From Chrysomallon squamiferum (taxonomy: Eukaryota; Animalia; Mollusca), in the NCBI GenBank assembly GCA_012295275.1, contig CM022677.1:26474001-26538000 (forward strand): DNA of 64,000 nt, read 5' to 3'. The notes under the pieces were generated by a model. It ran no database searches. It had not been told where the DNA came from and was given only the letters and a program-made list of their open reading frames with translations. Shown piece after piece: positions 15,221 through 29,400 of the stretch (the stretch's first letter is position 1; each line of letters begins with the position of its first letter). The translations under genes and the position numbers were made by a program.

Positions 15221-16641
15221 AAATAATTTTATATACTATTTTTCAGCCTTGTGGAAAAATCACTTTCTTTATATTATATATATATGTATGTAATATGGTC
15301 ACGTAGGCAGAAATGTGTAAATGGTTAAGTCTAGACTGGCGTCTAAATGTTAATAAACAACTAGTCACTGTTTGGAAAAACTAGATTTGGATGAAAAGCT
15401 GGTAAAAATAGAATGTGACAGTATTTTCAAAAATATAATTATCCTTTAATTTATATAACTTATAACATCACAAAAAAAAAAAAAAATTAAAGTCATCAAA
15501 ATTGACGTCAATGAAGTAACACATTTTTATCTGAATAAAATTTGCTGGTATTTGGCCTTCATAATCTGTGGAAAATCGGGGATTCATTTCAGTCATTTAG
15601 CAAACACAACACTGAATATCTCCTACAGCTTCAAACCAGTATTCGTGTATTTTAAAGAAGATTTCTCAAGCCCTATAGTATCTTTAAGCAGGCCGCTGAA
15701 ATTATCAAATGTTAATTAATTGCAGTAATTAGTTCAAATGTACCTTACAGTTTAATTATTAATTTCCCAATTTAAGTAACTGCTAATTCATTTACTTCTT
15801 TGAAATATGACAAACTGTAAAGGAAACTTTAAACTTTTCTGTCAATTCTCCATTGTTTATCAAAGCTCACATATTTAGAAACAAATATGAAGATGAAGCT
15901 GAATTAAGTATAATATATTGTGACATTTGGGTTTTAGAAAATAATAGAAACACAAACGAAGAGAAATTTTATTTCATTTTCACTAAAGGAGATGATTCCT
16001 GCTTGCTCTGTCAATCATGATGCTGTTCAGAGAATCCATTTGTTACTTTAAGTCTTGTTTATATAAATTCAAAGAATAAAACTGTGTAATCTACCTACCT
16101 ATCTATCTATCTATCTATCTATCTATGTAGATGTACTAATGAATAACAGCTGAAGGCTTTTAGTTTCAAGATTTGTATCTGATTATCTACAAGAGTTCAG
16201 ACATTGTTTATTTTTCTGTAAGAGAAAAACTTTAATTTGATTAAGTTTTGTTTGTTCGTTTGTTTTTAAACATAATTTCAGTTTTGAAATTAGATTTCTT
16301 TCATTATTTTTGAAGTTACTTTCTTACAGTCACAAAGAAAACAGTTCAGAGTTGTTCACTTGCACATCTTCTGTTAAATTATCCGTGATAAAACTGTTCT
16401 TCTTCTTCTGGTTCTGACTAATTAATAGTAAAATAATTCCTAAAAGTTAACAATACGTAAGGCATTTCAAATATACTCAGTCTTTCAAGGTATTTTCTTA
16501 TTACAATTCTGTATATCAAATATTAAAAATCTTTCATCTTTTATTCAAAAATTTACTGTCGTTTTTAAATACATTTTTAAATGTGACCATACTTGGAATG
16601 GTTTCAAAAGTCCAGTTCAGTTGTAAAAGTCTCTGTGTGTA

Positions 16642-16701
<60 letters not shown>

Positions 16702-16789
16702 TCTCTCTGCCATGTGTGTTCAATGTATCAATCTATCTGGCTGTCTGTCTGACTTTCTATCTATTTATAAAATGCTTCTATGTATGTAC

Positions 16790-16906
<117 letters not shown>

Positions 16907-17457
16907 ACACGCATATACATACACACACTCATACACACTGTGAATGTATATAAATATATATATCAAGGACATTAATGGAAGTCTCTCTATCTTTTCAACA
17001 TATACTGAGTCTATAAAGGTAAATATCCATTGCTGCATTTATAACAATGAATAATAATAATTGTATAGCAGTATCTCCTTATTCTTGCCCTTTCTCACAT
17101 TTTCCTGTAATAAACCCGTTACAATTAATACAGTATTAAATATTTTTCAATATTTTAGACTTCTCATAATAAAATCAAAAATATAACTATTACACCTATA
17201 ATTAATTATAAAATTCTATGTGGAATATTACCTTAACCTGGCACCTTTCCACCTGTTCTGTGATAATTCTATTTTAATGTTAATGTTTTTCGTGTTCAGT
17301 CGTAATAGCATTGTTCTCAATGTGAGAGAGATACATTATGAGAGATTTTATTATATCAAATACAATTATTATTAAATGTTTTATGTTGCTGAGGAAGGCA
17401 ACATTTTAAGTAGGGAAGAGTGTAGAATGGAGAAATAATAGACATTGCTTCCTATTG

Positions 17458-17705
17458 TGTAAAGGTCAGATTATGTAATGTGTTAAAGTAATTAGTGGGG
17501 AGTAAGTGCTAGCAAGCTAGATTAAGATGTCTCTGCCTCCTATTGGGAACTTTCATGTGACATGACCATATATGGCAATTTCTGCCTGGAATTTTTCGGG
17601 GGACGTTCTCAGAGCAAAAGGCTGCACTTTGGCCTTGGACATTGCAGGACTTAAACTATTGCTAGTGAAGGTGGAGACACTGGCATGTGTGTGTTTTCTG
17701 TATTA

Positions 17706-17736
<31 letters not shown>

Positions 17737-17976
17737 GTATTGGTTTGGAACTGTAGCATTTTTATTATGATTTGTTTTCAATGAACTTGGTCAGTTTGTC
17801 CTCCTTGGAGACGACATTGTTGCTATGTTGTAAATGTTAACATTGCTATATCACGAATTACCTAGTATTAAAGCCCTTTAATTGGAAACCCCATCTTGTT
17901 TGTTTATTCCTTAGACAGTTAGCTAAGAGAACCGCTTGCTTCCACCCTCCGTTACATTTGGTGTCACAAGTGGGAT
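17458..17976 (+). mobile_element. 5' LTR plus tRNA primer-binding site of a Gypsy-type LTR retrotransposon (remnant)
   Basis: TGTAAAGG at 17458 and CCGTTACA ending at 17956 form TG...CA termini with a 7/8 inverted match. ATTAAA lies near 17867. Immediately downstream is TGGTGTCACAAGTGGGAT (17959-17976), one mismatch from the tRNA-Leu PBS TGGTGTCAGAAGTGGGAT. No intact gag/pol follows. Confidence 0.7.
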
Positions 17977-18432
17977 TATAAGGCGGTTAGGACTAAACTG
18001 ATATTTAGAAATAGGTGAAAGACAACCAATACACTCACCTGACCAGGCCTACAGAAGATTTGATGTTGACGATTATGCGAGACTACATGCTCGACAACAC
18101 AAGATTCCTAACTGAAGAGAGATACCTGATGTACATGATTCCAAATACTGAAAAAAAATTAGTAATAATAACATATTTATTAGGATGTGAGTATTCACCA
18201 TAATATTAAGTTTACGATGTTATAACTAATGGCAAACATTAGTCATTGAAGTCTGGTGAGTGTTTAATGCAGTTTTTAAATAAAGTATTTCTGGATTGGA
18301 TTCGCGACATCAAAGCTCAGCTCGAGCTGAAACCTCAAACTGATAACTCGTTTCCTAAAGAGCTCTTAGCCAGGTCCTGCCAGGTTGGAATTACATAATC
18401 ACGTAGATATTTTTCATGTTCTTCGTGCACAG

Positions 18433-18660
18433 TCTTTCTTGTACTTCTGTGAGAATAAGATATTTGTGACAAGTCAGGACGAGCGTTTGTTGTTAAATGC
18501 AAGTCAGCGATTCTCAGTGGAACAAATGCGTGGGAAAAATATCCCAGACGCTTGTACTTTTAATAGCGGTGTCTTAAGTGCAGTGATACCTTACCTTGAC
18601 TTATTATTCTGAAAAAAATGTTTAATTCGTAAAAACGCTGGATTATTATTCTGAAAAAAA
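18433..18660. repeat. Dispersed ~220-bp repeat (other copies at ~26967-27180 and ~39073-39290)
   Basis: TCTTTCTTGTACTTCTGTGAGAATAAGATATTTGTGACAAGTCAGGACGAG...GGATTATTATTCTGAAAAAA occurs three times. It includes a degenerate CAGTGGTACCTT(ACCTT)GACTTACG, like the TIR at 41342. Confidence 0.85.
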
Positions 18661-18761
18661 AAGAACCACCCACTTTTCTAATTAAAATTGAAAAACCAGG
18701 TAGTTACAGCGACTGTTGTCAGAACCACCCTGAATAAGTCTGGATCGAGGTCAAATATATC

Positions 18762-18887
<126 letters not shown>

Positions 18888-19075
18888 ATTTTTAACAAAT
18901 TTCATAACTGCATTTATATCAAAACACATACAGTCAATGTCGACGACAATAACAACAATAATAACACGAAGAATAAATAAATAAATAAATTAAAAAATGC
19001 TGAAGTTATTATGAACAAGAGATAAAAATAAATGACCTATATTTTCTTGCCAGATTGTTTTTCTTTTTTTGCTGA

Positions 19076-19110
<35 letters not shown>

Positions 19111-19443
19111 TCTGAAAGCAATATTGGTAATAATAATTAATGATTATAAATGATGATTATGATAATAATAATAATAAAAACAGTAAATATAGTAAAAATA
19201 ATTATAAAAGTAATAATACACCAACAACAATAAAAATAATAACCAAAACAACAAAATAATAATAATAACAAAAGCTAATAAAATAACAAACAATAATAAA
19301 AAATAGAATAACAATAATAAAAATAGTTATAATAATAATGAAAATATGTATATAACAATAATAACAAATAGTATAACAATAATAAAAATAGGATAACAAT
19401 AGTAACATAAATATAGCAAAAATAACAACAAGACTCTACTTAC

Positions 19444-20011
19444 GAGGACATTTGTGTTTTGAAAAACACTCAACGAGGATGTTGTAGCTGCTGTTGCCCC
19501 TGCATCGTGGTTGCTGGTTGTTGATCGGTGGACACCTTCTGGTCAGTGTGATGAACTGATAACCAGTTCTCTTTCCACAGGTCACACTGCAAGGTCCAGT
19601 CACAGTCCTCACCCACGTGGTCCATTGTCCGCACACTGGAAAACAGACGTCACGTGACTCAGGCTGGGTGGGGCTTCAGAATGTGGGTTCAAGACTCGAT
19701 AACGGATTTTTTTTTTTTTTAGGTATATAGTGTGTGTGTGTGTGTATGTTTGCCTGTGTAATTATGTGTATATGTGTGTGTGTGTCTATATATATATAGA
19801 GAGAGAGAGCTGTGTGTGTGAGTATATGTAAATGTATATGTTTGTCTGCTACTGTGTATGTGTGTCTGTATGTATCTGTCTTTATTTAGATTGAGGACAT
19901 GTTAATGAATATCTTTGTTATGTATGTTTGTTTTGTGAAGGTGTATGTGTGAATGTGTGTGTGAGTGAGTAAATGTATATGTGGTTCTCCATGTATGTTT
20001 CTGTGAGTGTG

Positions 20012-20042
<31 letters not shown>

Positions 20043-20276
20043 GTCTGTATATTTGTATTTGTCTGTGTATGTGTGTGTCTGTGTTATAAGAAATAAAAAG
20101 TGGGTGACATATATCAATACAAAAGTTTGTATTGTGAGAAGATAGTCAATTATCTTCATTAATAACTTGTACTGTCACTGAAACAAATAAAACTGTGAAA
20201 ATAAAACTGTTTTAGTCAGTGTTTTAAAATGTGACTGGAAACACACTACACTTTTTTTACTAAAACAAGCAATATT

Positions 20277-20358
<82 letters not shown>

Positions 20359-20576
20359 ACATACTTTGTACAAGATGTGTAATACTGTTCAGCTTGGTTT
20401 AAATTTAAAATCGTCTCAATACGAACTGAATAGAGATAGAGAGAGAGAGAGGCATAACTATTATAGTTAGGTGTCACAACAGTGATAAAAGCTATATTAT
20501 TATTTCTGTATTATTATTGTTGTTGTTATAGTGTTTAATATTATTATTATTATCATCATCATCATCATCATCATCA

Positions 20577-20634
<58 letters not shown>

Positions 20635-20766
20635 TTGGAGCTGTTGAAGTATTAATACTAGCAGTGGCAGTTGTACTGGTCGGATTAACAATAGTGGGTG
20701 TTGTTGTAGTTGTGACATTAGTTATTGCTTTTGAAAGAGTTGTCGTTTGTGTAGCTGTTGCTAGTG
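19444..20766 (-). CDS. Two phase-1 exons of a mucin/TSP1 protein (partial model, copy 1)
   Basis: Exon 20766-20635 (132 nt; LATATQTTTLSKAITNVTTTTTPTIVNPTSTTATASINTSTAP) and exon 19635-19444 (192 nt; CGQWTTWVRTVTGPCSVTCGKRTGYQFITLTRRCPPINNQQPRCRGNSSYNILVECFSKHKCP). Both have AG/GT borders and phase 1-1. WxxW, CSVTCG and R.C TSP1 motifs are present. First and last exons not identified. Confidence 0.78.
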
Positions 20767-22701
20767 CTGTAAATTACAAGTTGCAGCAGAGAGACAAATA
20801 TCGAATACATTTCTCGCACCACTGCAACTGCTCAGATTGAACAAAGGTAACTGTGTTATTTGATAACGAGACTGATACTCAAAATCACCCGCTTGTGTGG
20901 GTCGCAATTCTTCAGATACTTGGCTTGTCATAAAATTACAGTAAAACTGGCAACATCCTGGTCTGCTAAAAACGAATTGCATAATGGCGGCGAAAATAAC
21001 AAAACCTCACTCTTCTGTGGGCAATTGACGTCATGTCACGTGATCCGTAGTTTTGTAAAATGACAATTAAAACTGCACGCCGTGTTTATAACGAACACGC
21101 CTTAGCAACGGTGACCAGCGGTAATGAAAAAAAAAAAATGTATATTATTTTTAAAAAGAGACAAACAGACTTACGTGCGTACGTTAATACACGTTTTCAT
21201 ACACATACATACACATGCATACATACATACATCTATATATATACATAGAAACATACATATACACATACACTAACACGCATACACACGTACGCTGGAAAAA
21301 GTCTTTAATCGTAAATTATCTCAGTTCTCATTACACGTTGTCCCACACTCGTCTAACTTCAGTTTTCTCTGCACTTCAAAACTAAACATTTCATATCTTG
21401 TAGTTTATTCTGCACTCCACAGAATTTATAACCTTCACCTAGTGTATTTTTATTGTTTATAATAAATTATGTAGTACCCTGTATTTACATAAATAACAAC
21501 CACAATACACACAAACAATAACACACACACACACACAAACACAGATATATACACACATACATTCACACACACACATATATACACGTTCATACACACAAAT
21601 ACAAACACACACGCGCACACAGTGTTTTAGCAAATGATAAGCATAATAATTATATTAAACATATGTACACACAATGATATATTTTATTTTTTGTATTGTT
21701 TTTTATTTATTTATTTATTTACTTATTTATTTATTATTTATTAATATACACATATATGGTTTTAATTAACATTTTATTTTAAAACTGAACAAGTTTTAAA
21801 GTTAGTATTTATATTTCATTTAAACATTTAAAATAAACATAATAAAAATAAAAAATAAAAAAAAAAAAAAAAAAAAAAAAAAAATGCTTATAATGGAGAC
21901 GGTGAAGTTCAATTATGTAAAGCAATGAATTGTTTTTTTACACAGAGCTACAGACATTAATAATTTTAAAATTTAATTTAAATCTTTTATATTTAAATTC
22001 GAAAACAAAAAATAGAACGGACCAGAATTTATGTTAAATAAAGCACTAAATATTTGTACGTTCGCAGGTTTCAGGGTTAAAAGATATATTAAAATGTTTT
22101 ATATAAACTGAAAAATAAAAATACAGACGTGACACAAATGCTGAATTTAGATTATATAAAGCTGTGAATATTTCTGTGTACACAGATTTAAGTATTAATT
22201 GAAAAACAAAAAAGGCTTCATATAAAATGAAAAAGACAAATATTGACTCACACAAACGGTCAATGTGGTTTATATAACGCAATTTTTCTTTGTATACAGG
22301 GGCAAATTTTTTTTTAAAACTACAAAATTATACAAGTTAAAAAAGAAAAAAAAAACACGACCGTTCAAGTTTAATCCTTGCAAAAACCACGTGACTCAGT
22401 TTTAGTTGACACCACGTTACCACCGACAGAGCGACCCCGACAGAACGACCCCCGCTGCTTCTATAGCAGTGTTGTTGATGACGTAGGACTGTTGTTGTAC
22501 TTGTTGCTGTTGAAATATGAGTCTGGTACAGGCTGCATCTTGTTGGGGCTGTGACAGCAATAAAGAAAATTCACAACTCAAAGTATGAAATGATAATATC
22601 ACTTGAAACGTGGCATACGTATCATAGAAATATTTTCTGTAAAAGGAGAGTACTTCCTTATAACCTCCCCGTTACATACACAGACCACACACACACACAC
22701 A

Positions 22702-22756
<55 letters not shown>

Positions 22757-22872
22757 AGACACACACAAACATACAATTCAGGTAAACACACATAAACGGA
22801 TACTCTCACACACACACGCACACACACAACATTGTCTTTCACTCTTCTCTGTCTCTTTAGTTATCTTTTGCT

Positions 22873-22948
<76 letters not shown>

Positions 22949-22977
22949 ATATATATATATGTCTCTAGTGCAGACAA

Positions 22978-23014
<37 letters not shown>

Positions 23015-23345
23015 GTCTCTGTTCAGATGCACTAACACTTTGGAAGACAGAAGGACATGTACAAACAGGGTGACAGAGAAAAGGTAGAGACAGTGAATGA
23101 GCGAAAGAGAGACAGACTGAGGGAGACAGTGAGAGAAAATGAGAAATAGAAATAAATATATATATATGAGACAAAGAATAAAAAATGAGCAAAGAAACTA
23201 AGAATGCTCAAATACGGAGAGAGAAATAAAAAGAAAGTGAAAAAATAAAAATGATAGAAAGAAAAAAAAAATGAGTCAAATAATTATTGTTATTATTCTT
23301 GTTGTTGCTATTGTTGTCAATAGTGTCATTTCTTTATTATTATTA

Positions 23346-23415
<70 letters not shown>

Positions 23416-23635
23416 CACTCCTGTTGTTGGTAACGGTGGTGGTTATGGTGATGACATTGCTGTCGCTGCTGTTTTTAGAATTATGTTTACAAATGTTTAT
23501 CTGGTTGCTAAAGAGCACGAAAGTTCCACTCCCAATTCTCTTTATACTGTATTCTAATATCTGACATTAAATTTCAAAAACTGATAATAAAGTGAAACGA
23601 GGTCGAGAGTAAAGGTAAAAGGAAAGGGTTTTCAG

Positions 23636-23659
23636 CCAATGGAAACGCAACGTATAAAA
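23636..23659 (+). promoter_or_regulatory. CCAAT + TATA promoter of GPI-microprotein gene copy 1
   Basis: CCAAT at 23636 and TATAAAA at 23653, followed by a non-coding exon with GTAAG donors (23730, 23764). Conserved in copy 2 (35759, 35776). Confidence 0.65.
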
Positions 23660-24194
23660 GGTGACTGTTAGTCCGGAGACGTAATTTTGAAACCGATACA
23701 GCTGACTGACAGACGAGTTTTAATCTTACGTAAGAAAACTTCTGAGAGCGGTCTTCCTACTTTGTAAGTAACATTGTAGTAGTAGTAGTAATATAATAGT
23801 AGAAGAAGTAGTAGATGATGTTGTTGTTGTTGTTGTTGTTGTAATATTAATAGTAGTAATTGTAATTTTAGAATTCCTGTAATTGTTTCTTTTTTTTGAG
23901 GGTTTAAAAAAAATAATAATAGCAGTTGTTATAACATTCGAATCTAGAGCTAGAACGTATATATGTTTTATTTATTCTGATCTTTTCTTTTTGTTTTCAT
24001 TTTAAATATAGTTAGTAAATATAGTTGTTGTTAATGATGATGTTGTCGAATCTATAACTAGATTATATATGTAGATAGTAACAAGTTTATATATATATAT
24101 AGTTATCAGTTAAGAATACTAAAAATAATGGCTGTTGATATTGCCGTCGTCGTTGTTGTTGTTGTTGATGTTGTATCTTTCAGGATCAATCAGC

Positions 24195-24392
24195 ATGAAA
24201 CTTGTGGCCTTTTTCTTCTGTTTGCTTCTCGCTGCCGTTCAAGGTTTGTTGAATACTTTTTTTTTTTTTTTTTTTTTTTATATCGTTAAACATTTCACAC
24301 TTACATTTCCTTTTAGATATATATACACCCATCATTTTTGTCTTCTTCTTTTACTTTCTCTTCTCGGAATCTTCTGTTTATCTTCTGTCCTT

Positions 24393-24426
<34 letters not shown>

Positions 24427-25108
24427 CATTTATCTTTGGACTATTTTCTTATTCTCCTAATTTTTCTTTACTTTTTTTCTTCTTCTTTGATTGACAATTA
24501 AATTAATACTCTGAAAAAAAAATATATATTTTTTTTTAGCGGCTGCAAGCAACGATACAGATACTGGAAACGTATGTGTTATACGAGCTATGAATCACTA
24601 AGTATTATCATTTTATTATCATCATCATTGTCATCATCATAATAATTATTATTATTATTATTATTGTTTGTTGTTGTGTGAGTCGATATTCATAAACTTA
24701 CTGATCAAAACGTTCAAAAAACGCGATAAATTTTCAAACGAGCTAATGACGTCATAAATTTATTATTCAAAAATCTATTTAATACGTCATAATCCAACTG
24801 TGCTATCTACTAATTACGTCATAATCACAATTATTTTATTTATTTATTTATTTTTTTTAATCTATCAGTCACGTCATAAATATATTACCTACGTCAATAA
24901 AAAAAAAATAAAAAAAAAAAAAGAAAGAAAGAAAGCAAAAAAGAATTGTTTTTTATTTTTATTTTATTTTTTTAATGGTTTAAATATAAACTATACTAAA
25001 TTATGACGTATGATTTTTCTTCAGTCTGGAGTAGCAGAGTCTGCCGTCTGCGCCGCTCAGATTCTGATTCTTGGTTCAGCAGCCGCAGTGATGTTTCTTA
25101 CGAAATAA
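24195..25108 (+). CDS. 54-aa predicted GPI-anchored microprotein, paralog 1
   Basis: Exons 24195-24243, 24540-24571 and 25025-25108 encode MKLVAFFFCLLLAAVQ-AAASNDTDTGN-SGVAESAVCAAQILILGSAAAVMFLTK*. Splice sites are canonical, phases 1 and 0. Signal peptide, NDT sequon, small-residue N-S-G omega-like site, spacer and terminal hydrophobic stretch. AATAAA at ~25514. Confidence 0.8.
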
Positions 25109-25376
25109 AAGTGTGTCGACGTACTTTCCTCCTTGTCCAGTGAGCATTCATGAACCATCGCTTCTTCCAGCATTTTGATTGGATGATCCTGGATTCCGTG
25201 TTTTTGTCTCCTGTCTGCTGTAGCACTGACTTTCTCAAATGACTTGATATAACCGTTTTAGTAATAATAATAATATTATTATTTATTTATTTGTTTATTT
25301 ATTTATTTGTTTGTTTGTTTGTTTGTTTGTTTATTTATTTGTTTATTTGTTTGTTTATTTATTTATTTACTTGTTA

Positions 25377-25410
<34 letters not shown>

Positions 25411-26105
25411 TTTATATAATAGTTTTATTATTATTTTTTAATTCTAATTATGATTATTATTAATTTCTTCTGATACTTATAGTACATTACTCTGTCATAG
25501 ACATATTTCATAAATAAATGTTTTATTTTCTTTCTTTTGTTTCTTTTCTGTTGTTGTGCTTTTCCTTTGCTTTTGTGTTTTGTAGAGGTTGAGGGATTTC
25601 TTTCTTTGTTTTTCTTGTTTTAAGATCGATATAAGCTGGAAACATTTGAAATTAAAAACGCGTGACATTTAAAACCAGGTGTAAATATTTTTTAAAGTAT
25701 AACATAACGTAAGACAAATTTAAAAATAAATATTAAATAATTAAATAAATAAATAAATAAATAAATAAGGTTCTTGAACAGTTAAATTGGGCAGTCAGTT
25801 ACTATGGTAACTGGACAATTGTTATGGTATTCTCGCCAGTGTTACTAGTGAAAATCAGAGTGAGAACACATACTTTATACGAGTTGTGTAATACTGTTTA
25901 GCTTGGTTTAAATCTAAAATCGTCTGAATACGAACTGAACAGAAAAAAAAAAAAAAAAAAAAAAATGAAAAGCGAATTTAATCCTCTCCTCTCCTTTCTT
26001 TTTTTTTTCTTTTTTTTCTTGTGTATTTTATATCAGTTTTTGTTCTGCTGAAATAAAACTGAGCTATTCTCGCCAGTGTTACCAGTGAAAACCAGAGTGA
26101 GAAGT

Positions 26106-26143
<38 letters not shown>

Positions 26144-26348
26144 CAAACTCGAATTGTCTATGTAACTACATATATGTGTCTCTGGATAATATTTAGACGT
26201 GTGTGTGTGTGTGTGTGTGTTTATGTTCGGGTGGGGTTGCGTGCGCGTGCATATGTGATACAGATAAATGAAACAAAACAATTAGAAAAATTCAAGAAAA
26301 CAAAAACAAAAGCAATTAAATTTAAATGTATGATCTCTCTCTCTCTCG

Positions 26349-26476
<128 letters not shown>

Positions 26477-29400
26477 TATTTCTCCCTTAGAAAACATTTT
26501 CTCTTTATATATATTTCTTTTGTTTACTTATAAAGGCAACTTCGAATCATGTACCGAAAAGTCCTTATTTCTTTTTTTTCTAATTATTTATTTTATTTTA
26601 TTATTATCATTTTTTTTTTTTATGATTGTATTTTCCTTTTTTATTATTTATTCTTTTATTACTGTTATATCAAGGCTAAATGTAATTTAATAACGTAACA
26701 TGCGATATATCACGTAAAGTGACATATTCACTTCAGCGTCTTTCCATCAATCAAACACTGTTCAGGTACTTCCCGGTTATCGAGTCCTTTGATCACTCTT
26801 TTCTTTTCACCGTGTTTTATTGAAGTAATTATGCAACCTATTCTACTGTATGGGGATCGTTAAATCAAGCGTTTTCTGAAATGCAAAATTAATGCAAATG
26901 ACGCAATTCTGTGTGTTAATAAATGTTCTCCCCTGGACTGATTCACCGTGGTGAAATAGGAACAACTCTTTCTTGTACTTCTGTGAGAATAAGATATTTG
27001 TGACAAGTCAGGACGAGTGTTTGCTGTTAAATGCAAGTCAGCGATTCTCAATGGAACAAATGCGTGTGAAAAATATCCCAGACGCTTGAACTTTTAATAG
27101 CGGTGTCTTAAGTGCAGTGGTACCTTACCTTGACTTACGCGTTTAATTCGTAATTTCGCTGGATTATTATTCTGAAAAAAATATTTTATAATTAAATAAA
27201 AACCAGGGTCTTAATCAATGGTCACTGAACACTTTTTTTTTTTTTTCTAAATTTTAATCCAGAGAAATTATAATTAACCTACAAGAAACAGCTTTAGAAT
27301 TTTTTTGTTTATTACTCCACGACGATCTGGGACAAAAAACTGACAAACGGAAGTACATTAATTTGCATAAATTCAAAATGGCCGCTTGAGTCTTGAATGT
27401 TCTAGTTCAATGCTGTCATACGTAAATATAGCCGAAAAATCCCTAAAAATAACACACTAAAAACAAAGAAAAACAAAAAAGAGAAACAGCGTATTAAAAG
27501 CAAAAAAACAACTGCAAACGAACTAGATTCTTATTGTTTCAGTGTGCGGATGACACGATTATTTCCGTTCGAAATACTCAGTCTGTTGTTTCATTTTGTT
27601 ACTGCCAAAAACATAGGCAATTTAAATATTCAAGACGTACAGTATTATTATTCTATACGTCTTGAATATTCAAACTGCCTACGTTTTTATTCCCTTGTAA
27701 CCGTAACATATTTTATTAATGGTATTTTATCACACACACACGCGCACACGCACACGCATAAAACAGCAGAAGTAGTAGATGCACAGTAGCAGTCGTAATG
27801 GCATAAATAGTAGTAGTAGTAACAGTAGAAGTGGTAGAAATAGAAGTAGTAGTAGTAGTGATGGTACTAACTAGTAATAGTAGTAGTATAGAAATAAAAT
27901 AACAAAAACAATTACCTGAAATAATAAATAACATTTAACAATAACAAATGATTAATATAGTACTAATATTTGTAATAATAGTCTTCATAACAATAGATGT
28001 AGTAGTTGTAGTTTTGTTGTTGTTGTAGCTCTAACAGCAGTAATTCTGTTAATATATATATCTGTGGGAGGGGTTGAAAATGGCAAGGAATATAAAACGA
28101 AAGGAAAAAAAAGATAAAAACAATGACCTGAACACATCGGACATTGCAATCCTGTTTCCTGTCATCTGAAATTACAACAATACTCATTAGTATTTGTTTA
28201 TTTCACACACACACACACACATACATTTATATATATATATATATAATCACACATATTTACACATTACAGACACACACATATACACACAATATATATACAC
28301 ACACAAATGATATATATATATGTATATATAATTATACATACAACTCGACATATTCACAAACCATCAAGTCAAGCAAATACTCACAAAGCTATATAATCTA
28401 CATACTCACATACATTATATCACTGAAGTAATAAGAAATAGCCATGCAGTATGTCCTATATTTCAAATATACATGTCACACGTACTATCGTACAAATCAT
28501 ATGTCAACAAAATCGATATCGACAAATTAAACTAAAGTAGAATGACGCACTTTGTATCGAGTTCGCGATACAAATCATTGATATACAAGCCTGGTACAAT
28601 TCATTACTCAGTATTTTGATTATTAGAATGTCTCGATATAAACACACACACAAACACACACAAACAGACACTATACTACACCTATATATACAAAAACACA
28701 CGCACACACAGATCAAAACTCTTGTGCTGGGTTGGTATAATAATCAAATACGTTTTTCTCATGAATAATAAGAATTAAAGATCAGCCTACAGAACCATGC
28801 GTGCAATTAAATATTCACTCATATATATACATCTAAATAATTATAGATATCTGTAAAGACATTACATAGACATACACAGACAAAGACACACGCACATAAA
28901 TACAAACACAGGCACACACACACAAATACCTTCACATGTGCAGACTATACTTTACGAGAATATGAGACGTCATTAAGGGACGTAATCCTTTCTGAGAAAA
29001 AATACGTGTTCTTTGAAGAGTCGTCTCCCTGGACTTAAAATAAATTAAATAAAAATAAACAAACAAATAAATAGATAAATAAATAAATAAATAAATACAA
29101 ATTTCACATTTATTTCTTTCATTTTACTAATTTTCTAAATCAAACATGTCAAAGACTCTCCTTATGGTTTTCGACTTTACAAATGGCCGAATCCAAACTC
29201 TAAGAAAGGCCTGTCATAATCATGTGGAAACCGGTAACCGGGTTAAATTTAGAATATTTGTATCTACTCAAGCTGTTGTAGTTGTACTGTTGTTTTTAAT
29301 GAAGAGTTGTTACCTTCTTGTTGTTGTTGTTGTTGCTATTGTTGTTATTGTTGTTGTTTTTACGAATGAATCATTTAGCGAAAAAAATTCCCTTCTGTAA

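Noticed and set aside
18015-18203. 62-aa ORF after the PBS as gag
   Set aside because: Short, with no recognisable capsid or zinc-knuckle motif; left unassigned.
22420-22560. Candidate upstream exon of the minus-strand TSP1 gene (also ~34860-34960)
   Set aside because: No frame shows synonymous-biased conservation between the duplicates, and no consistent splice sites were found.
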